Source of the DNA: Takakia lepidozioides
Taxonomy: Eukaryota > Plantae > Bryophyta
DNA length: 64,000 nt
Direction of reading: 5' to 3'
Assembly: GCA_030704615.1 (NCBI GenBank)
Contig: CM060731.1
Coordinates: 35,092,001 to 35,156,000, forward strand
Numbering within the stretch: position 1 is the first letter of the stretch; every line of letters starts with the position of its first letter. Below, piece by piece: positions 25,791 through 37,809 of the stretch. A model generated the notes under the pieces. That model saw nothing but the letters and a program-made list of their open reading frames with translations, was not told the origin of the DNA and did not search any database. Both the position numbers and the translations under genes were made by a program.

Positions 25791-27294
25791 TATAGCTTGA
25801 TTGTCAGGTCTCTGACATCATCTGTAAATAGAATGCTGACCGTGCGCATACATTTGCCTACACTTCAGCTTGTCTAGTTTGAGCAACATTTCACTTGTGG
25901 CCCAAGACAGAGAAAAAAGACACAATTTTGTTGTTGCTGCCAAGGAGAAGATATAATCCAGGTTAAATTGAACCAGCCTGAACAGTGTCGATGTCCATAG
26001 TAAGTGGAGCACTTGAAGGCATCTCCACATGGAGTGTGTCGACCAGAGAAGGGAGTCCAGCTATAAAAACTGACTCCTCGTTCTTAAACAGAGCCTCCAC
26101 ATCAAACTCCTTGCTCCAGTCAGCTACAATTGCAGATTTGGCATGCTCACTGACCTCCCGCATAGGTGGCCCACTGTGTAGTACGGGATTTTTCCTGCCA
26201 TCGAAACAGGATAAATAAATGTCAGTTCCAAGAATCTTCTCGAAGGGTAACCAAAGTAACTGTGGATTCTTGGCTTGCATTTGAAACGTATATAAGTGGT
26301 TTTACTGTAAAAGGAATTGTACATGTATCCCTAGTAATGCTGAAGATGTTGAGCTGGGTTACACAGGACTGAGACCTTCATTCCAGTCGTGAAGCACAAT
26401 ACGTGCAATTGCAATAGTGCCACCCACTCCCCCCTTTTTGAGCTTTCCACGCACCCTGTTTTCCCTTCTTATCAGAATCGGCCCTACATTTCCATGTTGA
26501 ATTCTGCAAGTTAGTTGATTGAGTGAACCTTTCGTAGTTTGAAGTGACTTTGACATAATACCGCCAATGTGACACATGAAAGTATCCAAAAATAGGTAAA
26601 CAGAGATGAGGAGAAGCTGTGGGATGAATACTTTTCTGACCCTAGCCAATGGTGGGACAAACGAAGCTAAGAGATGAATGCCTGCAGATTATCAGATGTC
26701 ATTCTGAAGGCTGCAAACACAAGCTGCACACACAAGAAGTCCTTTAGGGTTGATGTTCGGTCAAATCCTCCATGGGTCATGACACAAGGTCAAGGACAAT
26801 GTGGTGAGTGCACCTTCTTCTTCAACCTATTTCTGCCTATTTTACCCTCTCATAGACTCGGCCTTGAGATGCATATTGAACTCTGTAAGTTAGCTCGTTG
26901 GGTGGATCTGTAGTGGTTAGGAGTGACTTTGACAAGTTATTGCTGATGTGGCAGCAGGAAGTATCCAAAAACAGATAACATGGATGAGGGGAAGGCGCCT
27001 TCTTCAACACATTTCACCCTGTTTTTCCCTCTTATCAGAATCTGCCCTACATTTGGTACAATTCCAGCTCTGAAGATGTCACCATGGATTCTGCAAGTTA
27101 GCTGATTGAGTGAACCTTTGGTAGTTTGGAGTGACTTTGACTTGATACTGCCAATGTATCACAGGAAAGTATCCAAAAACAGGTAAACAGACATGAGGAG
27201 AAGCTGTGGGATGAATACTTTTCTGACCCCGGCCAATAGTGGGACAACCAAGGCAAAAAGGTGAATGTCTGTCAAATTACCAGATGTTATTTTG

Positions 27295-30160
27295 AAATTG
27301 TACCAAATGTCATTCTGGACACTGCCCTAGTGGACATGTATGCACGTGCATTGAGGACGCAAATGGAGTACTTGACAATATGGCTGAACGAAATGTGGTG
27401 TCGTGGATATGCCCAGCGTGGTTGTCATAGGGAGGTCTGCAACTATTTGAAGGAATGCAAAAGAACGACTTGAAGCCGGACAGTATCACCTTCGTACATG
27501 TGTTCTCTCTGCATGCAGCCACACTGGCCTATTGAATGAAGGAAGACGCTACTTTGATTCCCTGAGTCAAGATCACGGTGTTACTCCGACAGTAAAGTAC
27601 TTTGGTTGCACGGTGGACCTTCTTGGACTTGCGGGACAACTGGATGGGGCAATGGACCTCATTAAGAAATGCCAATCAATATTCCAGATGTTGTGGTGTG
27701 AAAGGCCTTGTTAGGTGCGTGCAGAATCCATGGCAATGTGGAGATGGCTGAACGTGCGGCAACATCTATCCTCAAGTGGGATGAACAGGATGCTGCGTGC
27801 TGCTATCAAACATCCATGCCGCAGCTGGCAGGTGGGGCGATAGTGCACAAGGTGAAAAAAATGATGAAGGTCAGAGGGGTTAGAAAGGAGCCAGGTCGCT
27901 GCTGCATTGAGGTTGGCAACAGGGTGCACACCTTCGTTGTAGATGACAAGTTGCATGAGAAGTTTGTCTAGGGCAGATGAAGGAGGCGGGATATGTTCCT
28001 GACACGTGCTTTGTATTGCATGATGTGGGGGAGGAGGAAAAGGAATTTTCTCTTTGCCACCATAGTGAGAAGCTGGCCATTGGTTTTGGGCTGATCAGCA
28101 CGACCCCTAGGACGCCTCTCCCTCTCATCAAGAATCTTCAAGTGTGTGGTGACTGCCACACCTCCACCAAAGTCATCTCAAAGATTGTGGGCCGAGCAAT
28201 TGTTGTACGGGATTTCCTGAGAGTATTGACCATCATGTACTGTTGAGTGCATTTCCTATGGCATATCCACAGGAAATGATAGTGGGGTGTGGGAGCATTG
28301 AGGATGCGAAGGCAGTGTTCAACAATATGGCTGAATAAAATGTGGTGTCATGGACCGCGATGCTTGCAGGGTATGCACAGCAGGAGCGCGGGACGGAGGC
28401 TTTGGAGACCTATGAGCAAATGATGGTGGAAGGGGTGAAGCCCGACACATCTGTGGGTTTGCAAGCCTGGCAGCCCTAGAAAAGGGCAAAGAGGTGCAAG
28501 GTGACATCGTCAAAGCTGGAATTGTACCAGATGTCATTGTGAACACTACCCTGGTGGACATGTATGCCAAACGTGGGTGCATTAAGGATGCAAAGGGAGT
28601 TTTCAACACTATGGCTGAACGAGATGTGGTGTTATTGAAGACGATGCTTGCAGGGTATCCACAGCAGGGACGTGGTATGGGGGCTTTGGAGACCTATGAT
28701 CAGATGATGTGGCAAGGGGTGAAGCCCAACCACGTCACGTTTCTATGCATTAGCAATGCGTGTGCAAGCCTGGCAGCTCTGGAAAAGGGCGAAAGAGGTC
28801 CATGGCGACATGGTCAGAGCTGCAGTTGTACCAAATGTCATTCTGAACAATACCCTCGTGGATATGTATGAAGGGAGTGTTCGACAGTATGGCTGAACGA
28901 GATGTGGTGTCATGGAGTGCGATGATTACAGGATATGCACAGCAAGGGCGCGGGATGGAGGCTTTGGAGACCTATGAGCAAATGATGTGCGAAGGGGGTG
29001 AAGCCCAACTACATGACGTTTGTTTGCATTTGCAATGCGTGTGCAAGCCTGGCAGCCCTGGAAAAGTGCAAAGAGGTCCATGGTGACATTATCAAATCTG
29101 GAATTGTACCCGATGTCATTCTGAACACTGCCCTGGTGGACATGTATGTCAAATGTGCGTGCATTGAGGATGCAAATTGAGTGTTTGACAGTATTGCTGA
29201 ACGTGATGTGGTGTCGTGGAGTGTGATGATTGCAAGATATGCACAGCAAGGGTGCATGATGGAGGCTTTGGAGACCTATGAGCAAATGATTTGCGAAGGG
29301 GTGAAAACCAACCACATCACATTTGTTTGTCTTTGCAATGCGTGTGCAAGCCTGGGAGCTCTGGAAAAGGGGAAAGATCTTTAGAGGCCCATGGTGACAT
29401 CGTCAAAGCTGGAATTGTACCTGATGTCATACTGAACACTGCCTTGGTGGACATGTATGCCACATGTGGGTGCATTAAGGATGCAATGGGAGTTCATTTC
29501 AACACCATGGCTGAACAAGATATGGTGTCGTGGAACGCGATGCTTGCAGGGGTTTGCACAGCAGGGGCGTGGGATGGAGGTTTTGGAGACCTATGAGCAA
29601 ATGATGGGGGAAGGGGTGAAGCCACATCACGTTTGTGTGCGTTTGCAGTTCGTGTGCAAGTCTGGCAGCCCTGGAAAAGGGCAAAGAGGTGCATGGTTGC
29701 ATCGCCAAAGCTGGAATTGTACCAGATGTGATTTTGAACAATACCCTCGTGGACATGTATGCCAAATGTGGGTGCATCAAGGATGCGGAGGGAGTGTTCA
29801 ACAGTATGGCTAAACAAGATTTGGTGCTATATCAAACATCTATGCTGCAGCTGGCAGGTGGGTTGATACTGTAAAGGTGAGAAGAATGATGAAGGTCAGA
29901 GGGGTTGAAAAGGAGCCAGGTCGCTGCTGCATTGAGGTTTGCAACAGGGTGCACACTTCATTGTAGATGACAAGTTGCATCCCATAATTAAGGAAATCCA
30001 TGCTGAGCTGAGAAGATTGTCTGGGAAGATGAAGGAGGCGGGGTATGTGCCTGACAGACGCTTTGTATTGCATGATGTGGGGAGGAGGAAAAGGAATTTT
30101 CTCTTTGCCACCACAGTGAGAAGCTGGCCATTGGTTTTGGGCTGATCAGCATGACCCCTA
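27295..30160 (+). pseudogene. Scrambled PPR fragments with two truncated DYW domains (27977-28213, ~30028-30160)
   Basis: [27 protein letters not shown]; PLS block 28350-29830 parallels 22500-24290. Confidence 0.9.
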
Positions 30161-30474
30161 GCGACGAATTCTGAGAACTACGTTCAATTTTTCACAAAAA
30201 AAGGTGGGTCATCCCCACTGTGTTACATGCAGAGATCCCGTGTTTTGTTTTTTTCTGGAAGAAAAATGGCGGATCTGCATTTCAATGTTCACTTTGGATA
30301 ATGTGAGTGTGCACCTACTTTCCAGCTTCCAGACCTTTCATCTTGATGCACTTAAGCAAGAGACAGACAAATGTATCTGAATCTGCTGAGATGCCTCCTA
30401 CATTTGGCATACATGTCCACGAGGTTATTGTTCAGAATCACATCTGGTACAATTCTTGCTTTCGGAATGACTTC

Positions 30475-31000
30475 GGATGAATTTCGGCGCCAAAATTCAT
30501 CTGTTGCAAGGAAAAAAAAAAAATGAAGGGAGGACTTCATATGAATTTTGGCACCGAAATTCATCCGCAGGACAGCAGAATTAGGGTCGAAAAAAAAAAA
30601 AAAAAAACGAATTTCGGTGCCGAAATTCATCCCTACTGTCGATTCGGGATTACTGTCATTCGGATATCGGCACCGAAATCCGGACATGTGGTGAATCATG
30701 ACTGTAATCACGAACACATTCATCCGTATTTCGGCGCCGAAATTCATCCCTTATGTGCAGAAACAATTTCATGAAGAACATGTCCATCCGAATTTCGACA
30801 CCGAAATCCATCCGTCGGGTGCTTGCTCAGTTTCATGAGGTGAACAAATTTCGATTTCTGTCGCCGGCATTCATCCCCTGGCTTCCAAATCTGTTACATG
30901 ACATAGATGTTTATCCAGATTTCGGTGCCGAAATTCATGAGAATGCTTGATTTATTGTAGCCCAACTTGTGGTACATCACAATTCAGGCACCAAATATCC
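30475..31000. repeat. Array of nine ~24-28-bp palindromes (GGATGAATTTCGG(C/T)(G/A)CCGAAATTCATCC) with dissimilar spacers
   Basis: Centres at 30488, 30552, 30618, 30671, 30735, 30799, 30862, 30926, 30989. Confidence 0.9.
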
Positions 31001-31185
31001 GATGTGAACTTGTTGTGGTCGTCCGTATTTGTAACGTACGGTACACACCTTCATCCATACGTGCACTGATCACCCATCCTGTTGGATATAGAATCCTCCA
31101 TAAAATGATTGTGGTTTTATGTAGGACACACTCTTCTCATTGCAGGACTTCGCTGTGGAGCGTACCGAGAGTTGCCGTCTTCAAC

Positions 31186-31840
31186 ATGAACTCCCGTATT
31201 TGGGTAAACGTGTACTTCCATCCTGATTCTCTGAAAGCTAAAATACCCTACGACCAAGGATTTGCGATTGTCACTGAGCAGTACTTGTTTGTGAAGTTCG
31301 GGCTCCACCCTGGAACGGTGTTTTTGGAAGAGGAGACGAAGAATGCTTATGGAAATTTTCTGGAAAGTGTCGTCATTCTGCATGCAGATTTCGGAAAGGG
31401 CAAAGAGTGGCGGCTCCCAGCTTCTGAATCCATCCGGTACAGTGCAATTGATGAAATCGTGCCTAAAGAGTTCTCACGCTGGAACTTGGTTGATCCTCCT
31501 TCCACAAGAGGGTCTGGTGTGCAAGATGTGAAGTCTGCCATGAAGGATGTGGGCATCTCTTCACAAGCAGAGAAGCCCAAACATGTGAAAGGGAAATCCA
31601 GGAAAACAGGGAAACAGTCGTCCACGACTTATCCAGTGACGATGAAGACTGTATGGTCCTTCCATCGTATGTTTCGAAGTTGTCCATCACTAGGAGTCTT
31701 CAGAAGTCGGAAACAATGAGCACACACCCTCCGACTCAACTTCCGTCCGCTCAGTAATCGACATATTGCGGAGGATGAAGACAGCGGGTTCCCGCTCCAG
31801 TGACCTTCTTAGGCTTGATTACGACAAAACTCCAATGTAT
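31186..31840 (+). mobile_element. Degenerate ORF of a probable DNA transposon, truncated where it fuses to a Gypsy integrase
   Basis: Directly follows the palindrome array; ends ILRRMKTAGSRSSDLLRLDYDK, which recalls bryophyte transposon proteins (from memory, unverified). Confidence 0.4.
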
Positions 31841-33678
31841 GATAGAGTGCGGGCTTCTTTCAACACCCCTACTCCACAATTGCATCCTTTACCCATTATG
31901 GGTTTGGGCTATCGTTGGAGTCTTGACTTCGCTGGTCAATTGCCACTGACGATTCGCCATAACAAGTATGTGCTGGTGATGGTGGAACATTTCTCCAAAT
32001 GGATTGAACTGGTGGCATTGCCTAACAAAGCAAGTGAGGGGGTTGCGTATGCATTCTTAGATCGAGTGCTTAGCCAATTTGGTGCTCCAGCCGAGGTACT
32101 TACGGACCAAGGGAGAAAGTTCTTGGGGGAGTTTCAGGCTTTGTGTGAGCAAGCCTTGATAGATCACCGCACTACTTCTCGGGATCATCCTGAGGCTGAT
32201 GGCTTGGCCGAGAGGGTTGTGCAAACAGTCAAACGAGGTTTGCGCAAGTATGGCTTGCAGAAGGGACACTTGGGAGATTGGGACCTTCAGCTACCTTGGT
32301 TGGTCGTGGGCTACAGGTTTAGCAAGCAAGCATCACTTGTCTCGTTCTCGCCTTATTTCCTTCTCTTTGGCCGAGAGCCAGATTTGCTTGCATCTATTCG
32401 CAGGGAGACTGCAGTAGTCCTCAACCTTGATAATCCGGATGGTGGACACAAGCATGTGCCCAGCGGGCAGAGTTGTTCAAGAGTGTCATGCTTATGGATT
32501 TTGAGAATCTTGCTATTGTCCAACACCGAGACACATTGAGGTACGTCACTATACGTGGAGGAGGATATCGGCCAGGTGTTCGGCGTTTCCATCTTGGGGA
32601 CTATGTGTATCTGCAGCAGACAACGCCTACAACCTTGGATGTCACAGCAGGTCGTGTGATTCTAAGGGTCCGGGAGGTGTTGCCTTCAGGAGTGTTGATT
32701 CTGGAGGGTCGAGATGGCATGGTATGGAAGGACCATGTGCGCAATTGTGCGCCATGTCACCTTCCACATGTGGATGGGATGATAGATCCCAACCTTGCAG
32801 TGGTACCTGCAGGGTTGCGTTGCATGCTATATGGGTATGCTGGTGGTGCCGCGACCATGTTGGTGTGTGACAAATGCTCAAGGGGGTGGTACATGGGATG
32901 CTTGACCGTCACTTGAGGAGGTTCCTAGTGGAGAATGGTTGTGTCCACGATGCTTTGGATAGAGGTAGTGGGGCATGACAGTGGTGAGGTTGACAAGTGA
33001 TCCAAGGTCTAGCTAACGGGAGTTCAATGCTATGGACACCCAATTGAAGCCATGGATTGCAGGAAGACAAAAATGACGGGGCTACTTTTGCACCCGGCCT
33101 CTTGATCTATTGCCTTCGGACACTGGGACCTGGGCGATTGATGACCACGCGATGATCTTATTGGGATGGATATTTGTCAACTATCCGGTGTTAGAGGGAC
33201 CTAATCACCAGCAATGGGGGCGATTGTGGTATAGCTTTCTAGGATTGTGTGCTTAGATTGTGTGGTGGACAGCGATGTATGTTGTGGCACGATGCTTAGG
33301 TGCACGACAGCTGTCATGGTTTTAGTCATGGTTATCTAGAATTACCTACTTCTAGTTAACTAGGACATTTTAGAGATATTTATATTTATATTTTGTGTGT
33401 TGGGACTTCATTTGGTCTCACATGCCAAGTGAGGCGTCGAGCCTCACTTGGGACATGGGGATAGGTTTTCCCCTTGTGAGGATAGAGGAGGCTCATCTTC
33501 TTGTAGTTGAGCCTCCATGAGCCTCTCTCACCTCCATAGCTCTAGGTATTGAGAGGGAGTGTGGTGAGGGCTTTGTAGGGTGGATTCCCTTAGCAAGGGT
33601 GCCCTTGGCTTGACTTAGTTTATGTGATTGAGTGGATTCATGAGTGGAGGGTTTCCATTATGTTCACTTCCATTATCA
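31838..33678 (+). mobile_element. Ty3/Gypsy 3' half: integrase with C-terminal PHD finger (Selgy-like), PPT and 3' LTR (33225-33678)
   Basis: WSLDFAG, LVMVEHFSKW, VLTDQGRKF, HPEADGLAERVVQT; CMLY..MLVCDKCSRGWYMGCL..VPSGEWLCPRC; aatggggg PPT then TG...CA. Confidence 0.88.
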
Positions 33679-33679
33679 T

Positions 33680-33764
33680 TGTGGTATAGCTTTCTAGGAT
33701 TGTGTGCTTAGATTGTGTGGTGGACAGCGATGTATGTTGTGGCACGATGCTTAGGTGCACGACA
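33680..33764 (+). repeat. Second copy of the first 85 bp of the LTR, head-to-tail after the LTR end
   Basis: 33223-33309 is identical to 33678-33764 (period 455). Confidence 0.92.
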
Positions 33765-34496
33765 TATGCTTTTGCTCCAGTTGTCGTCATTTGACTCTGT
33801 CTCCTCTTGTGCTTTGGCCAACAGTTTGACCCTTTTTAGTTGGAATGAAAGCCCGTGTTTCTTTTGACGAAAATTCATCCAATATCGGATGTTACACTTG
33901 ACTACAACGAGATCCCTTGAACGTACGGATTCTCCATCCATTTTTTGGCCATTTTCGTTAAGGACTTCTATTGTATTGTACATCTCATCGTTGTTTGTTT
34001 TTTGACGTTTGTTGTTACCGGACGTCGAGCCAGAGTTGTTTGCGTTAGTTTTTAGGAGCTTTTTGGTGAAGCTTATGTTGTTTCCACCCATCCACGTCAT
34101 GTCTTCGCCTCTCCCCCTTCAATTATCGAACCATTCTGTATTGTATTTGCATAGTCGAACAAGAAATGGCTGTCTTCTATCAATATTGTGAATTTTGCGT
34201 CTTTTAGTTCTTTGGCGAAAGTCACGAACTGTAATTCCCGGTTTTGCCAAGGTAGGGGAATTTTGCAATATCTACGAAGATTGCTATTTCTTCACGGTCC
34301 GAAGGGACGTTCCACAAGGCGCTGTGGAAGTTTGTCATGTAGGGCAGCGCTTCCATGTGCTCCCCACCTGTAGGGTATGATGGTCATTGGATGTGAAACT
34401 GTCGTATATCACGTTTGTCATGTCCTGGTGGGTTATTTCCTGGATTTGTTGGTCCGTTACAGTGTCTATTGTGTCGGCTATTTCCGACGTTGACAT
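33765..34496 (-). pseudogene. Decayed intronless gene resembling T7 gp2.5/NCLDV-type ssDNA-binding (OB-fold) protein
   Basis: ATG 34496; FPYLGKTGNY..KDAKFTILI..ISFTKKL..IEVLNENGQKM..VRSRDLVVVKCNIRYW..KHGLSFQLKRVKLL plus acidic tail EETESNDDNW; about three frameshifts. Confidence 0.5.
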
Positions 34497-34514
34497 GGTT
34501 GTTTGTATGTATGG

Positions 34515-34517
<3 letters not shown>

Positions 34518-34559
<42 letters not shown>
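34518..34559. repeat. (GA)n microsatellite, ~21 units
   Basis: Direct read. Confidence 0.97.
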
Positions 34560-34560
<1 letters not shown>

Positions 34561-35069
34561 CAGGGACAGATGAAAGTATATATCGGTGGGTTTTTTAGGA
34601 GAATTAAACCCTAAGAGTGCAACTTTAAAATTAATCACGCTAATCTATAGAACTATGGCTTTCTCTCTCAGGCCGAGGTTGATGCTACACCGCTTTGCTA
34701 GGAAGTTAGGTGCAAGGTGCGATGTAACAATATGTTATATTCCTCTGCTTCACCTGTACCTGGAAGCATCATTTGATTAGGGACCCTCTCACAATCGGTT
34801 ATTTTCTTAGTAGCAACACCTAGTGAAGACGAAAGGCCTAGTCCATTGATGTTTGATTCAGGCCCAACTATGTTGATTGAGGAATTCCAATAGGAGATGG
34901 CCCTTCACTTCCTGCTCACAATTGTTTTGTTCCTGTCATAAAAGCAGAGAACCTCACATCAGAACGTATAGGCTTACAAATACATACAGATCCATCTGCA
35001 CTTTTTCAGTGCTCAAAGAAGATTGGCACAGGCATCAGAATACACATGAGGTTCACCTACCAGGCATCA

Positions 35070-37730
35070 CCCATTCACAATCTCCAAAGCCTCTCTGCCA
35101 CACCCAGTACATAAACAGAGTACACATAAGTTCCTTGCTTTGCATCCTCAATGCACCCACATTGGGCATACATGTCCACCAGGGCTGAGTTTAGAATGAC
35201 ATCTGGTACAATTCCAGCTTTGACAATGTCACCATAGACCTCTTTTGACCTTTTCCAGGGCTGCCAGGCTTGCACAAACATTGCAATCATACAAAAACAT
35301 GATGTGGTTGGGCTTCACCCCTTCCCCCATAATTTGATCATAGGTCTCCAAATTCACCATCCCACCTCCCTGTTGTGCATACCCTGCGATGTTTGTGAGT
35401 GTGCACCTGCTTTCCAGCTTCCAAACCTTTCTTTGGCGTGAATCCACATCAGAGTTTGTTGGCACTAGGAAAGGGTTGAGATTGAGCTGCTCAACTACTC
35501 CCTGGTCTTACTGGGTTTACATAATGTGCGAAGCACAACATCTGGTGCCAAAGCCTCCATCCAGTGCCCCTGTTGTGCATACCCTGCAAGCATCAAGTTC
35601 CACGACACCACATCTCGTTCAGCCATACTGTTCCCTTCATACATATCCACAAGGGTATTGTTCAGAATGACATGTGGTACAATTGCAGCTCTGACAATGT
35701 CGCCATGGACGTCTTTGCCCTTCTCCAGAGCTGCCAAGCTTGCACACGCATTGCAAACTATCAAAGGTTCACTCAACCAGTAACTTGCAAAAATCAACAT
35801 GAAAATTTAAGGACGATTTCGATAAGAGGGGAAAACAGGGTGAAATGTTTTGAAGAAGGTACCTTCATTAGCAGTGCCTGATTTTATGAATTTGCCGTTG
35901 CTGCTGAATCTGGACCCACACTTTCCCCTTTTCCAAGGCTGCCAGGCTTGCACAAGCATTGCCAATGCACACAAACGTGATGTGGTTGCACTTCATCTTT
36001 TCCCCCATCATTTGTTCAAAGGTCTCCAAGGTCTCCATCCTGCGCCCCTGCTGGCATATCCTGCAAGCATGAACACTCCCTCCGCATCCTCAATGCTCCC
36101 ACATTTGGCATCCATGTCCATGAGGGTATTGTTCAGAATCACATCTGGTACAATTCCAGCTTTGGCAATGCAACCATGCACCTTTTTGCCCTTCTCCAGG
36201 GCTGCCAGGCTTGCACATGCACTACAAACGCACACAAACCTGATCAGTCAGCTTCTCACTGTGGTGGCAAAGAGAAAATTCCTTTTCCTCCTTCCCCACA
36301 TCATGAAATACAAAGCGCATGCCAGGCACATACCCCGCCTCCTTTCATCTACCCAGACAGTCTTCTCAGCTCAGCATGGATTTCCTTAATTCTGGGATGC
36401 AACATGTCATCTACAGCGAAGGTGTGCACCCTGTTGCAAATCTCAATGCAGCAGCGACCTGGCTCCTTTCTAACCCCTCTGACCTTCATCATTTTTCTCA
36501 CCAACTCTTGCTTTTGCGATGCAACCATGCACCCCTTCGCTCATTTCCAGGGCTGCCAGGCTTGCAAACACACAGACGTGATGTGGTCGGGCTTCACCCC
36601 TTCCCCCATCATTTGCTCATAGGTCTCCAAAGCCTCCATCCCACGCCCCTGCTGTGCATACCCTGCAAGCATCGCGTTCCACGACACTACATTTCATTCA
36701 GCGATATAGTTGAACACTGCCTTCGCATCCTCGATGCTCCCACATTTGGCATACATGTCCACGAGGGCATTGTTCAGAATAACATCGGGTACAATTCGAG
36801 CTTTGACGATATCACCATGGACCTCTTTCCCCTTTTCCAGGGCTCCCAAGCTTGCACACGCATTGCAAACACAAACTAAGGTGATGTGGTTGGACTTCAC
36901 CCCTTCGCAGAGTACACATAAGTTCCTTTGCTTTGCATCCTCAATGCACCCACATTTGACATACATGTCCACCAGGGCAGAGTTCAGAATGGCATATGGT
37001 ACAATCCCAGCTTTGACAATGTCACCATGGACCTCTTTACCCTATTCCAGGGCTGTCAGGCTTGCACAAGTATTGGAATCACAAACAAACGTGATGTGGT
37101 TGGGCTTCACCCCTTCCCCCATCAATTGATCATAGGTTTCCAAAGCCACCAACCCACGTCCCTGCTGGGCATACCCTGCAAGCATAGTGTGCCACGACAC
37201 CACATCTTGTTCAGCCATAGTGTTGAAAACTCCCTTCGCATCCTTGGCATGAATCCACTTTGGATAATGTGAGTGTGCACCTGCTTTCCAGCTTCCAGAC
37301 CTTTCATCTTGATGCACTTAAGCAAGAGACAGACAAACGTATCTGAATCTGCTGAAATGCCTCCCACATTAATTGGCATACATGTCCACAAGGGTATTGT
37401 TCGGAATGACATCTGGTACAATTCCAGCTTTCGCGATGTCACCATGCACCTCTTTGCCCTTTTCCAGGGCTGCCAGGCTTGCACACGCACTGCAAACATA
37501 CACAAACGTGATGTGGTCGGGCTTCACCCCTTTGCACATCATTTGCTCATAGGTCTCCAAAGCCTCCATCCCACGCCCCTGCTGTGCATACCCTGCAAGC
37601 ATTGCGTTGGGCAGTGTTCAGAATGACATCTGGTACAATTCCAAATTTGACGATGTCACCATGGGCCTCTTTCCCCTTTTCCAGTGCTGCCAGGCTTGCA
37701 CACGCACTGCAAATGCAAACAAACGTGCCT
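35070..37730 (-). pseudogene. Inverted scrambled PPR fragments including an E+/DYW remnant (36245-36500)
   Basis: Reverse-strand PLS triplets that share junctions with the + strand blocks. Confidence 0.9.
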
Positions 37731-37809
37731 CTAGTTTACCATCTACCCATGCAGGTTTCTTGTAGCTATTGATCCACAGGGAATCATAGGTAATCTGGAG
37801 CTTCATGCA

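Noticed and set aside
30475-31000. True CRISPR array
   Set aside because: Eukaryotic context, no cas genes, degenerate repeats and poly-A spacers; transposon subterminal repeats are more parsimonious
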